NCBI GenBank assembly: GCA_951406725.2
Contig: OX597815.1
Span: forward strand, 58,094,001-58,158,000
Reading direction: 5' to 3'
Length of the DNA: 64,000 bases
From: Octopus vulgaris
Taxonomy: Eukaryota
Part shown: piece after piece, positions 40,421 through 54,977 of the stretch
Numbering within the stretch: the stretch's first letter is position 1
Layout: each line of letters starts with the position of its first letter
Notes under the pieces: generated by a model
The model's input: only the letters and a program-made list of their open reading frames with translations
Told to the model about the DNA's origin: nothing
Database searches by the model: none
Translations under genes and position numbers: made by a program

Positions 40421-40799
40421 AATTTATTTCCAGCCTAATGTAAGAAGGAAAAAGAATTGTTTCCTTTTCTTTTTTGAAAGAAAACTTCTTCGTACAAGCA
40501 TGAGGATTTGGAATTTTACCTCTTGCAAATAAGTATCCTTTTCATTTGTTTATTTTCCTTTAATGTAAGGTAACATCTGAGTTAGGAGTTACGACTCCAT
40601 CTTTTTCACATTCTGAGAATAATTTTCTTTCAATTTCTATTTCAGCGTCCACTTCGCTTTCAATCTATCTTTCATTTCATCTCTATAAGATTATCATTTA
40701 GAAATCTTTTTCATTTGTTTACTTTCCTGTAATTTAAGTTAACATCTGAGTTACGACTGAGTTAGAAATATAATCGTAATTAGTTTATAATTATATATT

Positions 40800-43700
40800 T
40801 CTTTCGTTTCCCCACACTCTTCATATCTACCCTCTTCCTCTCTCCTCCCTTACATATATTCCTCCACTTCCAGCTCCTCTCTCCCTTCCTTTATCTCTCT
40901 TTAAGCCTACTCTTTCCCTCTCACTTGCATATCTTACTCTTTTTCTCATCTTTCTCCCTCCCTTTCATATCCTCCTCTTTTCTCACTTCTCTTTCCTTTC
41001 CATCTCACATCTACCTCTCCTCCCGTCACCTCACCCTCTCACTCATATACTTTTCATATGCCTATTATTCTCACTCCGTCTCTCCCTCTCTCTCACATCC
41101 TTCATCCTTTCCTGTCTCTCTTTCTCTTTCCCTCTTCTCCTTCTCTCTGTCTCATTTTCTATTCCCCTCCCTCACGTTGTCTCTCTTTCTCTCCCCCTCC
41201 TCTACCTTCCTCTGTTTCTTTACCACACCCCCTCTCTTTCCTCATATCACCCTCTCTATTTCTTTCATAGCACCTCTCTCTTTCCTTCATATCTCCCTCT
41301 CTCTTGCCCTATTTCCCCCCTCTGTGTTTCTCCATCTCTACCTACCTCTATCTCTCATTACCTCTCTAGCCTCTACTCCCCATCTGGGCTTCAAAAACGA
41401 AGATGGTACCAAAGTGGGAAAAGAAAGAGTTAAATCTTCTGCTATGAGCAGGGATGATTGCTAGTGGCAATCCTCCAAACAACGTCATCACTGCTGCGCT
41501 AAAGAACAATAGCTTTCATAGAACCATTGACCAGAAAGAGTGGAAGAAGAGTGAATTTATCCGGTCTTACATGCTTATAAGACCATACATCAACACCTTG
41601 GATAACATAATTGAAAATTATTGTGGCTAGGCTAATAAGGATGGAGAGGATGAAAAAGAAAAAGAACCCAGAAGTCTCTGTAATCCAGAGGTTCCTCAAG
41701 AAAATGGATCACCTACCCTGGTGAACGAACAGGCAGAGAAGGATAGGGGAGCCAAGGGAGCAGAAACTGGAAGACCCCTGTACCAGTGGTCCTACAAAGA
41801 AATGAGAAATTAGAAAAACAGAAGAACAAAGGAAGGACGGAAAACAAAAATAAAGAAGGAAAGGAAGGAAAAGGCAAAACAACCAAAGTTGAAACCCCAA
41901 CCCACCACACAAACACCAGAAAACCCCATGGAGAATCCAACGCCACCCAATACACTTCAGGAAAGAAGAAATCTGGAAGGCACCCAAGAACCTGTAAATT
42001 TTACCTGCAGGGCAAATGTTGGCATGGGGAGGACGGCAAAAACGGCCGGTTCGCTCACCCGACACCCCGCCAGAACTTCAGGGGACTCAAAGAGAAGAGC
42101 TTTACTGAGGGAAGACAAGAAATGTCTCCCAGGAAAACATTCAGAAAAGAAGTGTGCTCCTCAGATGTTCTGTGCAAAGCTGCAGCTGAGCAAGAGTCTT
42201 TTTTGTGCATGGCGCAAAGGATTGTCCTGCAGCTAACCTGGTTACATCAAGCACAAAGAAGGAACCTTTGTGAACAGACAGAAGGGTAAGGAGCCAAGGT
42301 GGAGTTGCAACATACATCCGTGATGACCTCACACCCCAGGTCTTACTGACATACTCAAATTCGGTATGTGACACTTTAATTGTGTACATAAGACAACATA
42401 ATATAGTCATATGCAATACATATTGCCCACTGGATGCTCCAAACCACATAGGCAAGTTTGAAGATTGCCTCACAAGAATTAAAGAAATCCTCATGAATTT
42501 GGAACACTACGTGACCATATTTCTTATGGGTGATTTCAACTTCCCCAACGTCAAATGGCCCGAAGGTCTCATACTCTATGAATGACTCATTGCAATCAAG
42601 CACAGGTGGAGTCCCTGCTCAACCTCACCAATGCCCTATTCATGGAGCAAGCTGTACTCAGACCAACTAGGGTGAATAACATTCTGGATCTCTGCTTCAC
42701 AAACAATATGGACATCATTCATGATGTGAAAGTGACACCGACATTAGTCTCGGATCACAACATAATAGAGCTGTCTATGTTTGGGCCGAAAGTAACCAGA
42801 GACATACAGCCTAAAGGAAGCACCCGAAATCTCTCCAATCTGAACTTCCACAAAGCAGATTGGAAATCGATCCAAAAAGAGATCCTCAGAGAGGACTGGC
42901 CATAATGTCTCTCCACACCAGACATTGACATGAATCTAGAATGTTTTATGTCTTTTGTGCAAGCCATATGCCAGAAATATGTCCCAGAGCACTAGACCAA
43001 AACAAATAGGAGCAAGATTCCAAGAGACAGAAAGATCCCCATGAGATGAGAGACGAAGTTTGCAAATTGACTCAACCAACACCCCAAAAGTAGCGAAACG
43101 TTCCGCCTAAAAATAAAAATAAATGGAGATCGAAAAAAAGGCTGCAACAATCCTATGTGAGGGACAAAGCAGACAAAGACGCCTGGGTTATAAAAAACAT
43201 TAAATCAAACCCAAAGGCTTTCTTTCATTATGCGAAAGAAACAGTCTCAGTACACTACAAGACAGGACCCCTCCTCCAAAAGGATGACTCCCTCACAGAC
43301 AGTCCAACTAAGATCAGTGAGATGCTGAATGACCACTTCAAAAGTGTCTTTACCACCCCATTGGAACACAGACAAGTGGACTTCTTTGCCGCCTCACCTG
43401 TAACCAGCGAGGCAGTTACAATGGAATGTATTGACATTAGCGAAGAAGATATACTACTAGCCATAGATGAGGTGAACACAAACTCAACTGCTGGTCCTGA
43501 TGGTTTCCCAGCAATCCTCTTCAAAGCGTGTAAGCATGCCCTGGCAAAACACCTCCAAGTTCTCTTCCAGAGCTTTCTTACAAATGGCAAACTGCCAAGC
43601 AAGCTGAAGGAGGGAATAATATGCCCAATACATAAAGGGGGAAGTAGAGCAGATGCCAAAAACTATAGGCCTATCTCTCTGACTTCACACATCAGCAAAG

Positions 43701-45100
43701 TCATGGAACGGATAGTCAGAAAGAAACTAATCGCATTCCTTGAGGAAAATAACTTGCTGACTGATACCCAGCATGGTTTTCGACCAGGTAGGAGCTGCCT
43801 CACCCAGCTCTTACAACATTATGACTGGGTGTTGAGGCAGTTACTCAACAAATCAAATGTGGACGTAATCTACCTTGATTTTGCAAAAGCTTTTGACAAG
43901 GTGGATCATGGAATGATATGCCACAAACTGCGTGACCTCGGCATAGCTGGAAAACTTGGAGTGTGGTTACCTGACTTCCTGAAAGATAGGAGTCAGGCAG
44001 TAGTGGTTAATGGAGCCATCTCTATGAACACACAAATAGTGAGCGTTGTTCCACAGGGCACTGTCTTGGGACCACTCCTTTTTATAGTGGCCCTCTCAGA
44101 TATACCCTCAAATGCCCGGATAGCCACTCTGGCAAGCTATGCAGATAATACAAAAGTCTCGCAGAAAATACAGAACCCCAGTGATGTTACACACCTGCAG
44201 CAGGAGTTGGACTCAATCTGCAGATGGGCTGAGGATAATAGTATGCAGTTTAATGCTGAAAAATTCTAGGCCCTGTGCTACCAGCATCCAAAACTGAATA
44301 TTAAACTTACAGGGAATTTCAATCCCAGAGCCTAAGTCTGTGAGGGACCTAGGTATTGACATGAGTGATGGTACCTCATTCCAAGTGCACATTACCAGGA
44401 TGGCAACAAAGTGCAGACAACTTGCTGGATGGATCCTAAGAACATTCAGTACCAGAGATAAGGAAACCATGATGGTCCTCTGGTGGACATTCAACCTCAG
44501 CCGCCTGGATTACTGCTCACAGCTATGGTCGCCCACAAGTGTGAAATTAACAGCGTACCTTGAAGCAATCCAGAGAAGATTCAGAGAGAAGATCGTTTCT
44601 TTGCAACAGCTCAGCTCCTGGGAAAAGTTGATACAGCTAAGACTCTACTCCCTGGAGAGAAGACGGGAGAGGTATGCAGTAATATATATCTGGATGATCC
44701 TGGAAGGAATTGTGCCAAATTTTGGCATTGTAAGCTACACCAATGCTAGAACGGGACGACACTGCATAGTGCCAAAGATCCCAGCATTGCCATCACGCTT
44801 CAGGACCAGCTACTGCAACAGCCTGGGTTTCAAGGGCCCACAGCTTTTTAATATTCTCTCAAAGAGTCTGAGGAACTTGCACAAAGTAGATGTAGCGCTT
44901 TTTAAATCAAAGCTGGACCTGTTCCTGTCGAGAGTCCCAGATGAACCTACCTCACAGCAAGAGGTGCAAATGAGGGTAGGTATATCAAACTCCATTCTTC
45001 ACCAAGTGCCACATATTAGAGGAGGCTCTTAGTAATAAAAGTGTTGCACAAAACAGCAGTGCATCAGCATGGTCACAGCTCTGAGCTGAAACTAAAAAAA
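40800..45100 (+). mobile_element. CR1-group LINE, near full length (CT-rich 5' region, CCCH ORF1, APE, RT)
   Basis: CKFYLQGKCWHG..AHP in ORF1; APE N-terminus deleted near 42290; RT ORFs 43157-44269 and 44340-45032; 3' tail. Confidence 0.9.
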
Positions 45101-45161
45101 AATACACATATATATAACAACGTGGAGCTGTAGGGTACCGCACGAGTGGAATTATATACGA

Positions 45162-45319
45162 AAGGTTTGAAAATGCAATTTTAAAAGATGTTTATTTACT
45201 TTACCGGTTTCACTCTTTGGAAAAAGATTGCCAAAAGTAACATGTAAAAGTTTGGTTGCATAAAAGAGTGAAACCGGTAAAGTAAATAAACATCTTTTAA
45301 AATTGCATTTTCAAACCTT
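45162..45319. repeat. Perfect 57-bp inverted repeat (PLE-type terminus)
   Basis: Arms 45162-45218 and 45263-45319; each contains GAA-ACCGGT-A, a hammerhead 3' half. Confidence 0.85.
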
Positions 45320-45423
45320 CTTTTGTATACATACATATATATATATATATATATACATACATATATACATATATGTATGTATATATATATATACATATAT
45401 GTATATATATATATATATATACA

Positions 45424-45528
<105 letters not shown>

Positions 45529-45936
45529 TATATATATATATATATATGCATATATACATTTAATATATATATGTATATATATTATATCATATTAATTTTT
45601 CTATCATATTTATCTTTTTTATACTTTTTGGTTAACAAAAAAAAGAAATTAAAAAAAAATTTTTGAATTTCAAAATTTCAAAATAATTCAAAAATTTAAA
45701 AATATGAAAATTTAATAATTCAAAAATTTAAATTTTCAATTTTATATTTTATATATATATTATATATTATATTAATTATATTTATATTTTTTGTTATTTA
45801 TGTACTGGTTTATGTCTATCACTGCTTGAGTTGCCTAATAGTGGTTTTATCTCTAATTTATTCTGTGAAATTTGATTTAATCCTAAATCTAATTTTTCGC
45901 TGTAAGTTTGGATATGATCCCTAATATTATTATTAT

Positions 45937-45984
<48 letters not shown>

Positions 45985-46320
45985 AAGGCGCATGGCTCAG
46001 TGGTTAGAGCGTCGAGCTTACGATCGTGAGGTTGTGAGCTCGAATCCTGGACCGGGCTGCGTGTTGTGCTCTTGAGCAAAGCACTTTATTTCACATTGCT
46101 CCAGTTCACTCAGCTGTAGAAATGAGTTGCAACATCACAGGTGCCAAGCTGTATCGACCTTTGTCTTTCCCTTGGATAACACTGGTGGCGTGGAGAGGGG
46201 AGGCTGGTATGCATGGGCGACTGCTGGTCTTCCATAAACAACCTGCCCGGACTTGTGTCTAGGAGGGTAACTTTCTAGGTGCAATCCCATGGTCATTCAT
46301 GACCGAAGGGGGTCTTTACC

Positions 46321-46323
<3 letters not shown>
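45985..46323 (+). mobile_element. tRNA-derived SINE
   Basis: A box TGGCTCAGTGG, B-box-like GCTCGAATCC, ttgagcaaagcact core; inserted in (TA)n. Confidence 0.85.
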
Positions 46324-46355
<32 letters not shown>

Positions 46356-46408
46356 TAGATATATATAGATATATAGATATATATGCATATATATATATAC
46401 ATATAAAT

Positions 46409-47475
46409 TGTTGCGACGCAGGAAAATGTAAACGAACAAAAAACATTATGCCCTTTGTTCCATTAGTTGGAATCGAACCGGCGCTCCAGTTGTTCAGGAC
46501 AGTGGTACTTCCTTTGTCCAGTCAAGGAATATGGTTGTTAATGGCTGTAGACACTGTTCTCTGGCCCCATATGGTCACAGAAAGTTTAAAGAAGACAAGG
46601 GAAATACACACTGTTGTCATACGATATCTCTTTTTTTCTAGCTGCCGGCCGTTATATATATGGGTAGGCTAAGTTACCAGTCAGTCAGCGAGAGACTGGG
46701 AGAGGGTCAGTGTGAGCGGAGACCGGACGTGGTCTAGAGAGACACAGACGGTCAGTTAGAGAGATGACAGGACAAGAGGTAGTCAGGAAGATGACAGTCA
46801 CAGACTGACAGGGGCAGAGAGAGATACACGAAGAAGCTGGGCAACTGTAGTAGGAGATGTTGGGATTAAGGGAATGTTGCAGACGTGGAATGTGCCGGTA
46901 ATGTTTTTATTTGTGTTTTGAATTCCGATGTTTAAATGAAAAAAAAAGAGAAACGTGTTGTTTGAATGGAAAAAAAAGACTCTGTGACGTAAACAGTTGA
47001 AAAGAAAAGAAAAAAAAGAACTTGTAAATGTTTAAAAAAAAGCAGAAAGACTGTTGAAAAGAAAAGGAAAGGGATCTTTGTGAACGAACTCTTTGTGTTA
47101 GAAGAAGAGAGAGAGAAAAGAAAAGAAAGAAGAGAAAAGTGGAACTTTAAGAGACTGGTAATTGTGAACTCTGTGTCAAATGAAAATGATTTGTTTTGGA
47201 AGAATCGACTCTGTAATGTGTTAAAATGTAAATGATTTGCTTTGTTTTTCGAACTCGGTATTATGTTGTTAACCTTTGTTGTGATTGCTTTTGTTTTGTT
47301 GAAAAAAAAATTGCTTGATTAGGCAACACTGTGAGTCTCTCTTTCTTTTGTTGTTGTTCTTGGTCCTGGCTGCGTTCGCTGCCTCCCTGCTTCCTGTGGT
47401 GGATTTTCCAGTTTACTGAGCACATGTGCCGCACGCTAGGTGGCATCGTGGGCTTGAGTGGTGTGTGGCGTATCA
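46409..47475 (+). mobile_element. Probable solo LTR (Gypsy-type)
   Basis: TG...CA termini, 4-bp TSD AAAT on both sides, internal TATA tract followed by cagtcagtc. Confidence 0.55.
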
Positions 47476-47517
47476 AAATATATATATACACACATACACA
47501 CATATATATAAATATAT

Positions 47518-47552
<35 letters not shown>

Positions 47553-47569
47553 CACATGGAAGCACTCCA

Positions 47570-47850
47570 CAGACACGTGTACCCTTAACGTAGTTCTCGG
47601 GGATATTCAGCGTGACACAGAGAGTGACAAGGCCGGCCCTTTAAAATACAGGTACAACAGAAACAGGAAGTAAGAGTGAGAGAAAGTTGTGGTGAAAGAG
47701 TACAGCAGGGATCACCACCACACCTTGCTGGAGCCTCGTGGAGCTTTAGGTGTTTTCGCTCAATAAACACAACGCCCAGTCCGGGAATCGAAACCGCGAT
47801 CCTACGACCGCGAGTCCGCTGCCTTAACCACTGGGCCATTGCGCCTCCAC
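47570..47850 (-). mobile_element. tRNA-derived SINE
   Basis: Minus strand ggcgcaaTGGCCCAGTGGttaagg..GTTTCGATTCC. Confidence 0.85.
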
Positions 47851-48012
47851 ATATACACATATATATACATATACACATATATATATATACACATATACAC
47901 ATATATATATATACACATATATATATGCGTGTATATGTACATGTAGAGGTAGGTACGTACATATATGTTTATATATATGTATATGTTTTATTTCATTTAT
48001 TAATATATACAC

Positions 48013-48109
<97 letters not shown>

Positions 48110-48124
48110 TATATATATATAATA

Positions 48125-48355
48125 ACAAAGGGTAAAATTAATTAATCAAGAAGTAATCAGTAATTTCACGAAGTAGAATTCGGCATGAAAAAGACCAATT
48201 CATGGTAAGCTTAAGTAATACTTTATAATTAGGGTTCAGCAAAGATTTGCTTCACCACATACTGAAGTTTGGAAATAGCTAAGATTTTTTGACTGCTATT
48301 TCTAAACTTCGGTATGTGGTGAAGCAAATCTTTGCTGAACCCTAATTATAAAGTA

Positions 48356-48408
<53 letters not shown>

Positions 48409-49950
48409 GAGTAAATAATAGCTTTAATGGTTTTTAAAAAAAAGCAACAATTATTTACGGGTAGATTTCGGCATGTAAATATAACCATTAACGGTAGGAA
48501 CTTCTATAAAAGTTCAATATATATTTTGTATATAAATAAAAGAGGCAGGCAACAGGTTGCTTAGCCACATACTGAAAAATTAAAAATAGCTGTCAAAGAC
48601 TGTTTATTTCTATTTTCTACAAATGAGACTCCACATACGACATATCCCTGTAATTCACATATGCTAAACTGAAGGAAGAAATAACGAAAGCAAAGTCTAA
48701 TGGTTATTTACGAACGCATTTCTAGATTAGGAATATAATATAAATTCCATGTCTTTCATCAGCGTAAACCTCCACTAAAATAGATTTATCAGATGCTACG
48801 TACCTCCACTTCCCGATCAGGCGACATCGAAATAGTGGAAGAAAGCAAGCATAGGCCAAACCTATATAGACGATTGAATCCGTAAATTTTCCCTCCAAAG
48901 TTTTACCATGCGTTTTACAAAGATGGTTCCTTAGAGATAGAAACTATGGGTTGTCGTAAGGGAGTGAAAATTCCAATTAGTAATATAATAAGAGTAAATA
49001 TTAGCTTTAATGGTTTTTAAAAAAAACCCAACAATTATTCACGGGTAGATTTCGGCATGTAAATATAACCATTAACGGTAGGAACTTCTATAAAAGTTCA
49101 ATATATATTTTGTATATAAATAAAAAAGGCAGGCAACAGATTGCTGTTTTGCATATGTGAATTACAGGGATATGTCGTATGTGGAGACTCATTTGTAGAA
49201 AATAGAAATAAACGGTCTTTGCCTGCTATTTCTAATTTTTCGGTATGTGGCTAAGCAGGGGTGAGGAGGAGAGAAGGGGAGTGAGGGAGCAGAGAGAAAG
49301 AGAGAAGGGGTGGAGGGAAGAAGGGGAAAGAAAAGAAGAGGAGTGAAAGAGAGTAGGGGTGAAAAGATGAAGGACTGAAGAGAAGTAGGAGTCGGGGGAG
49401 AGGTTAGATGAAAAGAGGGGAGAAAGAGTTGAAAAGCCAGAGAGCATAGTTGGTGTCGTGGATGTGGGAGGGAAGAGACGCCACTAGGGTATTTTGAGAT
49501 GAGCTCCGTGGGGCAGTTACAGGCGGAGATGATGGGGCGGCCAGGGTTGTTGGGTTTGTGGATTTTGGGGAGGAAGTAAATGGTGGGGGTGCGTGGGGTT
49601 CGGACAATGAGGTTGGATGTGGTGTGGGGGAGACGGGAGGACAAGATGAGGTCGTGGACAGTAGAGGAGACCGTCTGTTGGTAGCTAAGCATGGGGTCAG
49701 AGGACAAAGGGGAGTAGAAGGAGGTGTCATTAAGTTGGAATGTATATATATGTATATGTATGTATATAAATAAAACAGGCAGGCAACAGGTTGCTTAGCC
49801 ACATACCGAAAAAATTAGAAATAGCAGTCAAGCACTGTTTATTTCTATTTTCTACAAATGAGACTCCACATACGACATATCCTGAAATCTACCAGTAAAT
49901 AATTGTTAATTTTTTTAAAAAACCAATAAGGCTATTATTTACTCTTATTA
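48125..49950 (-). mobile_element. Cluster of PLE termini (direct and inverted) with a Penelope/Poseidon-type RT fragment
   Basis: YFLPKIHKPNNPGRPIISACNCPT at about 49500-49600; 62-bp inverted repeat 48218-48279 / 48295-48356; repeats at 48409, 48992 and 49760; a unique segment lies at about 48665-48975. Confidence 0.75.
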
Positions 49951-49999
49951 TATGTATATGTATATATATGTATATATTTTTATATATTTTTTATATTTT

Positions 50000-51092
50000 A
50001 TCTAGTTTTAGCTCACGAGCTGTGGCCATGCTAGGGCACTGCTATTCGGTGTTGCTACATGATTTTACTTCATGAATGCTTTTTAGCAATTGCCATTTGG
50101 TGCATGAGAGAGTTTGATGCAGCTGCCCTCATCTGCCCCCCCCCCTGCCGTGAAGTTGGTTCATCTGGGACACCAGACAGGAAGAGATCCAGTTTTATTT
50201 TAAAGACATCTGCATCCACCACATGCAGGTCTCTCAGGTCCTTCGGGAGGATATTGAAGAGCTGTGGACTTCTGAAGCCCAGGCTATCACAGTATCTTGT
50301 CCTACATCTTGATGGCAGGTTTGGAGTCCTTGGCACTATCCAGTGGCGCCCAGTTCTAGTATTTGTGTAACTCTCGATGCCAAAGTTTGGGACAAGTCCT
50401 TCCAGGATCTTCCAGATGTATATTATGACATATCTTTCTCGCCTACGCTCTAAGGAATAGAGTCTTAACCTCTTGAGTCTTTCCCAGTAACTTATATGCT
50501 GCACAGAGGCTATCTTCTTCATGTAGCTTCGTTAAATCACCTCAAGTTCTGTGATTAACTTGACACTGGATGGTGACCATAGCTGAGAGCAATAGTCAAA
50601 GTGGCTTAGGACAAGTGTCCTCCAGAGGACCATCATGGTTTCCTGGTCTCTTGTTCTAAAGGTTCTAAGAATCCATCAGGTCAGCCACCTACATTTCATT
50701 GCCAATTTAGCAACATGCACATGAAAGGTTGCTTCGCTACTCAGGTAAATACCCAGGTCTCGCACTGATTGTGCCTCTGGGATTGCAATCCCTCCAGGTC
50801 CAGTGTATTTATTGGGTATTGCATTTAGTTTTGCATGCTGATAGCATAAAGCTTGAAACTTTTCAGCATTGAACTGCATGCTATTCTTTTCAGCCCACTT
50901 GTATATTTTGTTGAGCTCATGTTACAGGTGCATAGTGTCTTCAGGGTTCTGTATTACCTGTGAAACTTTTGTATCATCTGCATAACTTGTGATCGTGGCT
51001 CTCTGCGTGGCTTAGGGCATGTCTGAGAGGGCCACTATGAACAGTAGTGGTCCCAAAACAGTGCCCTGCAGGACACCACTCACTATTTGCGT
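50000..51092 (-). mobile_element. CR1-group LINE 3' fragment
   Basis: YWERLKRLRLYSLERRRERY, MQFNAEKF, 3' tail at about 50005-50045. Confidence 0.9.
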
Positions 51093-52808
51093 GTTAATGC
51101 ACATCTACTTTGTGCAAGTCCCTCAGACTTTTTGGGAGAATATTAAAAAGCTGTGGGCCCTTGAAACCCAGGCTGTTGCAGTAGCTGGTCCTGAAGTGTG
51201 ATGGCAATGCTGGGATCTTTGGCACTATGCAGTGTCGTCCCGTTCTAGCATTGGTGTAGCTTACAATGCCAAAATTTGGCACAATTCCTTCCAGGATCTT
51301 CCAGACATATATTACTGCATACCTCTCCCGTCTTCTCTCCAGGGAGTAGAGTCTTAGCTGTTTCAACCTTTCCCAGTAGCTGAGCTGTTGCAAAGAGACG
51401 ATCTTCTTTGTGAATCTTCTCTGGATTGCTTCAAGGTCTGGTGTTAATTTCACACTTGTGGGTGACCATTGCTGTGAGCAGTAATCCAGGCTGCTGAGGA
51501 TGAATGTTCGCCAGAGGACCATCATGGTTTCCTTATCTCTGGTTCTGAATATTCTTAGGATCCATCCAGCCAGTCATCTGCACTTTGTTGCCATCCTGGT
51601 AATGTGCACTTGGAAAGAGGTATCATCACTCATGTCGATACCCAGGTCCCTCAGAGACTTAGGCTCTGGGATTGAAATTCCCTGTGGACTGGTGTATCCT
51701 GTAAGTTTAATATTCAGTTTTGGATGCTGGTAGCACAGGGCCTGGAATTTTTCAGCATTAAACTGCATATTATTATCCTTAGCCCATCTGTAGATTGAGT
51801 CCAACTCCTGCTGCAGGTGTGCAACATCACTGGGGTTCTGTATTTTGTGCGAGACTTTCGTATCATCTGCATAGCTTGCCAGAGTGGCTATCCGGGCATT
51901 TGAGGGCATATCTGAGAGGGCCACTATAAAAAGCAGTGGTCCCAAGACAGTGCCCTGTGGAACAACGCTCACTATTTGTGTGTTCATAGAGATGGCTCCA
52001 TTAACCACTACTGCCTGACTCCTATCTTTCAGGAAGTCAGGTAACCACACTCCAAGTTTTCCAGCTATGCCGAGGTCACGCAGTTTGTGGCATATCATTC
52101 CATGATCCACCTTGTCAAAAGCTTTTGCAAAATCAAGGTAGATTACGTCCACATTTGATTTGTTGAGTAACTGCCTCAACACCCAGTCATAATGTTGTAA
52201 GAGCTGGGTGAGGCAGCTCCTACCTGGTCGAAAACCATGCTGGGTATCAGTCAGCAAGTTATTTTCCTCAAGGAATGCGATTAGTTTCTTTCTGACTATC
52301 CGTTCCATGACTTTGCTGATGTGTGAAGTCAGAGAGATAGGCCTATAGTTTTTGGCATCTGCTCTACTTCCCCCTTTATGTATTGGGCATATTATTCCCT
52401 CCTTCAGCTTGCTTGGCAGTTTGCCATTTGTAGGAAAGCTCTGGAAGAGAACTTGGAGGTGTTTTGCCAGGGCATGCTTACACGCTTTGAGGAGGATTGC
52501 TGGGAAACCATCAGGACCAGCAGTTGAGTTTGTGTCCATCTCATCTATGGCTAGTAGGACATCTTCTTTGCTAATGTCAATACATTCTATTGTAACCGCC
52601 TCGCTGGTTATAGGTAAGGCAGCAAAGAAGTCCACTGGTTTGTTCACTTGCCTGTGTTCCAACGGGGTGGTAAAGACACTTTTGAACTGGTCATTCAGCA
52701 TCTCACTGATCTTAGTTGGACTGTCTGTGAGGGAGCCATTCTTTTGGAGGAGGGGTCCTGTCTTGTAGTGTACTGAGACTGTTTCTTTCGCATAATGAAA
52801 AAAGGCTT
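51093..52808 (-). mobile_element. CR1-group LINE RT segment, inverted relative of 43210-44895
   Basis: 375-aa RT ORF 51574-52701 with YADD; both ends truncated. Confidence 0.9.
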
Positions 52809-53079
52809 AAGCACAAACATATGCTCACTTACACATACACAGATACGCATGCTTACAAATACATATCCATGGCTATACACATACTTATATCAAAATTCTA
52901 ATTTTTGACAACACTGCTTTTTTTAAAAAATGAGTGCAATAATAAAAAATAAAAAAATATATACGAAAGACATATAAAATGAAATAATTTTGATATAAGT
53001 ATGTGTATAGCCATGGATATATATTTGTAAGCATGCGTATCTGTGTATTTGTAAGTGAGCGTATGTTTGTGCTTAAGCA
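52805..53079. repeat. Inverted repeat of about 93 bp
   Basis: 52805-52897 versus about 52986-53079, few mismatches. Confidence 0.8.
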
Positions 53080-53480
53080 CACATATACACGACTGTATGT
53101 GTATCTATCCATTCGAACTTGTGTATTTGTATACTTGTCTCCATATATGTCAATAATGCCGTTACACAGCTTGTATACATAATTTTTTCTTATTTCATTT
53201 TTTTCCCCACCCCTCCTTTTTCTTCCTTTTTCCTTCCCCCTTCTTCATTCCCTTTTCTCTCTCTTCCTTTCTTTCGTTTTTTTCTCCAACTGATACTGAT
53301 GCAACTTTACGTCCCCCTAACTCGGTATATGAGAATCGCTACATAGATGATTTTAACTTGCGTGCATATATGTACGCATGCATTTATGTGTATATTTTAG
53401 ATTTATATTTATACGTCTGTATATGTATGGCGTTTGCATGCATCCTTCTGTGTATGTTGATATGTATATGTACACTTTAA

Positions 53481-53699
53481 CCCTTTAGTGTTTAAACCGG
53501 CCATATCCGGCCCAAATAATCTACATGTTTTCTGTTAAAACTGCCCAGATTTGGTATTTCACACCAACCTATAATGTCAATCTAAAAACAGGTGATAACA
53601 TCATTGAAATCTTAAAGCTACAAAATAATGCATGACTAGCTTAAAACAATATGGATGAATAAATATTATATTTGACAGAATAATCTGAATGCTAAAGGG
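53481..53699. mobile_element. piggyBac-type MITE
   Basis: TTAA TSDs and CCCTTTAG...CTAAAGGG termini, 219 bp. Confidence 0.85.
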
Positions 53700-53992
53700 T
53701 TAATATAAATATGCATTGCAGTGTAATATTTATAGTAGGTTTTAATTTCTATGCTTTAATTATGCTTTCTTCATTAACGTCAATATGTATTTTATTCAAT
53801 GTAAGGTTTTTTCCTCGAATTTTATAATTTTTATAAGTTTTTATATATATATACATATATTTTTGACCTTTTTGTTTATCGCTCGAAGATTGACCGTTAT
53901 TTCTAAAGGGCCAATCAAACAAGTCCATTTTTTTTAAAGGTGTAGCGTTTGTAAGAGTCTAGATTGAATTGATATATCGGTTCCATTCTAGC

Positions 53993-54040
53993 AAAAACTG
54001 TCTGATGAACGGCAACGAGAAACTCAGAGTAACAGATTTT
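53993..54040 (+). ncRNA. Compact type-I hammerhead motif
   Basis: AAAAACTGT-CTGATGA-ACGGCAACGA-GAA-ACTCAGAGT-A-ACAGATTTT; the stem II closing pair is mismatched. Confidence 0.7.
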
Positions 54041-54213
54041 GTTGAATTTTCTGCTGCTTAAAATAAAGCATGTTACTCTACCACTGGTATTTGAGTACTC
54101 TTTTTTCCTCCTTGTTTCACATTTATGTGTTTACTCCGGTATATATACATATATATATATATATGCATACATATATACATTTATGTATATACATATATAT
54201 ACATATGTATATA

Positions 54214-54266
<53 letters not shown>

Positions 54267-54513
54267 GTATATATACATTTATATATACATATACATATAT
54301 ATATGTATATACATATACATATATATATGTATATACATATACATATATATATATGCATATACATATACATATATATATGCATATACATATACATATATAT
54401 ATGCATATACATATACATATATATATGCATATACATATACATATATATATGCATATACATATACATACATATGTATATACATATGCATATATACATTCAT
54501 ATATGTATATACA

Positions 54514-54556
<43 letters not shown>

Positions 54557-54659
54557 TATATATATATAAATAATGAGGGAGATAAATTGAACATTAATTT
54601 AATTAATATCAATTTAAAACCAGTAGCCTAGCATACAAAAATCTGAAACATCAGAGAAA

Positions 54660-54725
<66 letters not shown>

Positions 54726-54729
<4 letters not shown>

Positions 54730-54794
54730 AAGAAGCAACAAGAATGGATAGGTTTTTGTACTAAAAACCTATCCATTCTTGTTGCTTCTTTCTC
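54726..54794. repeat. Perfect 32-bp hairpin with 5-nt loop
   Basis: gagaaagaagcaacaagaatggataggttttt-gtact-aaaaacctatccattcttgttgcttctttctc. Confidence 0.9.
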
Positions 54795-54936
54795 GCTTAT
54801 AATCACCCCACATTACTGTATTGTTAAAACCGTATAGTTTGTTTTGGTGCATATTCTAAGGTTATTCATGGTGCACATGTTTAGGTACCATATTCAAGTA
54901 AATTCATTTAAATTAACTTGAATCTTTATTGCTTTT

Positions 54937-54971
<35 letters not shown>

Positions 54972-54977
<6 letters not shown>

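Noticed and set aside
45985-47850. tRNA genes
   Set aside because: The tRNA-like heads continue into SINE bodies and lack a proper acceptor stem and terminator.
48165-48500. Additional hammerheads in the 48-50 kb repeat family
   Set aside because: GAA(A) and a short stem II are present, but the core and stem III are inconsistent between copies.
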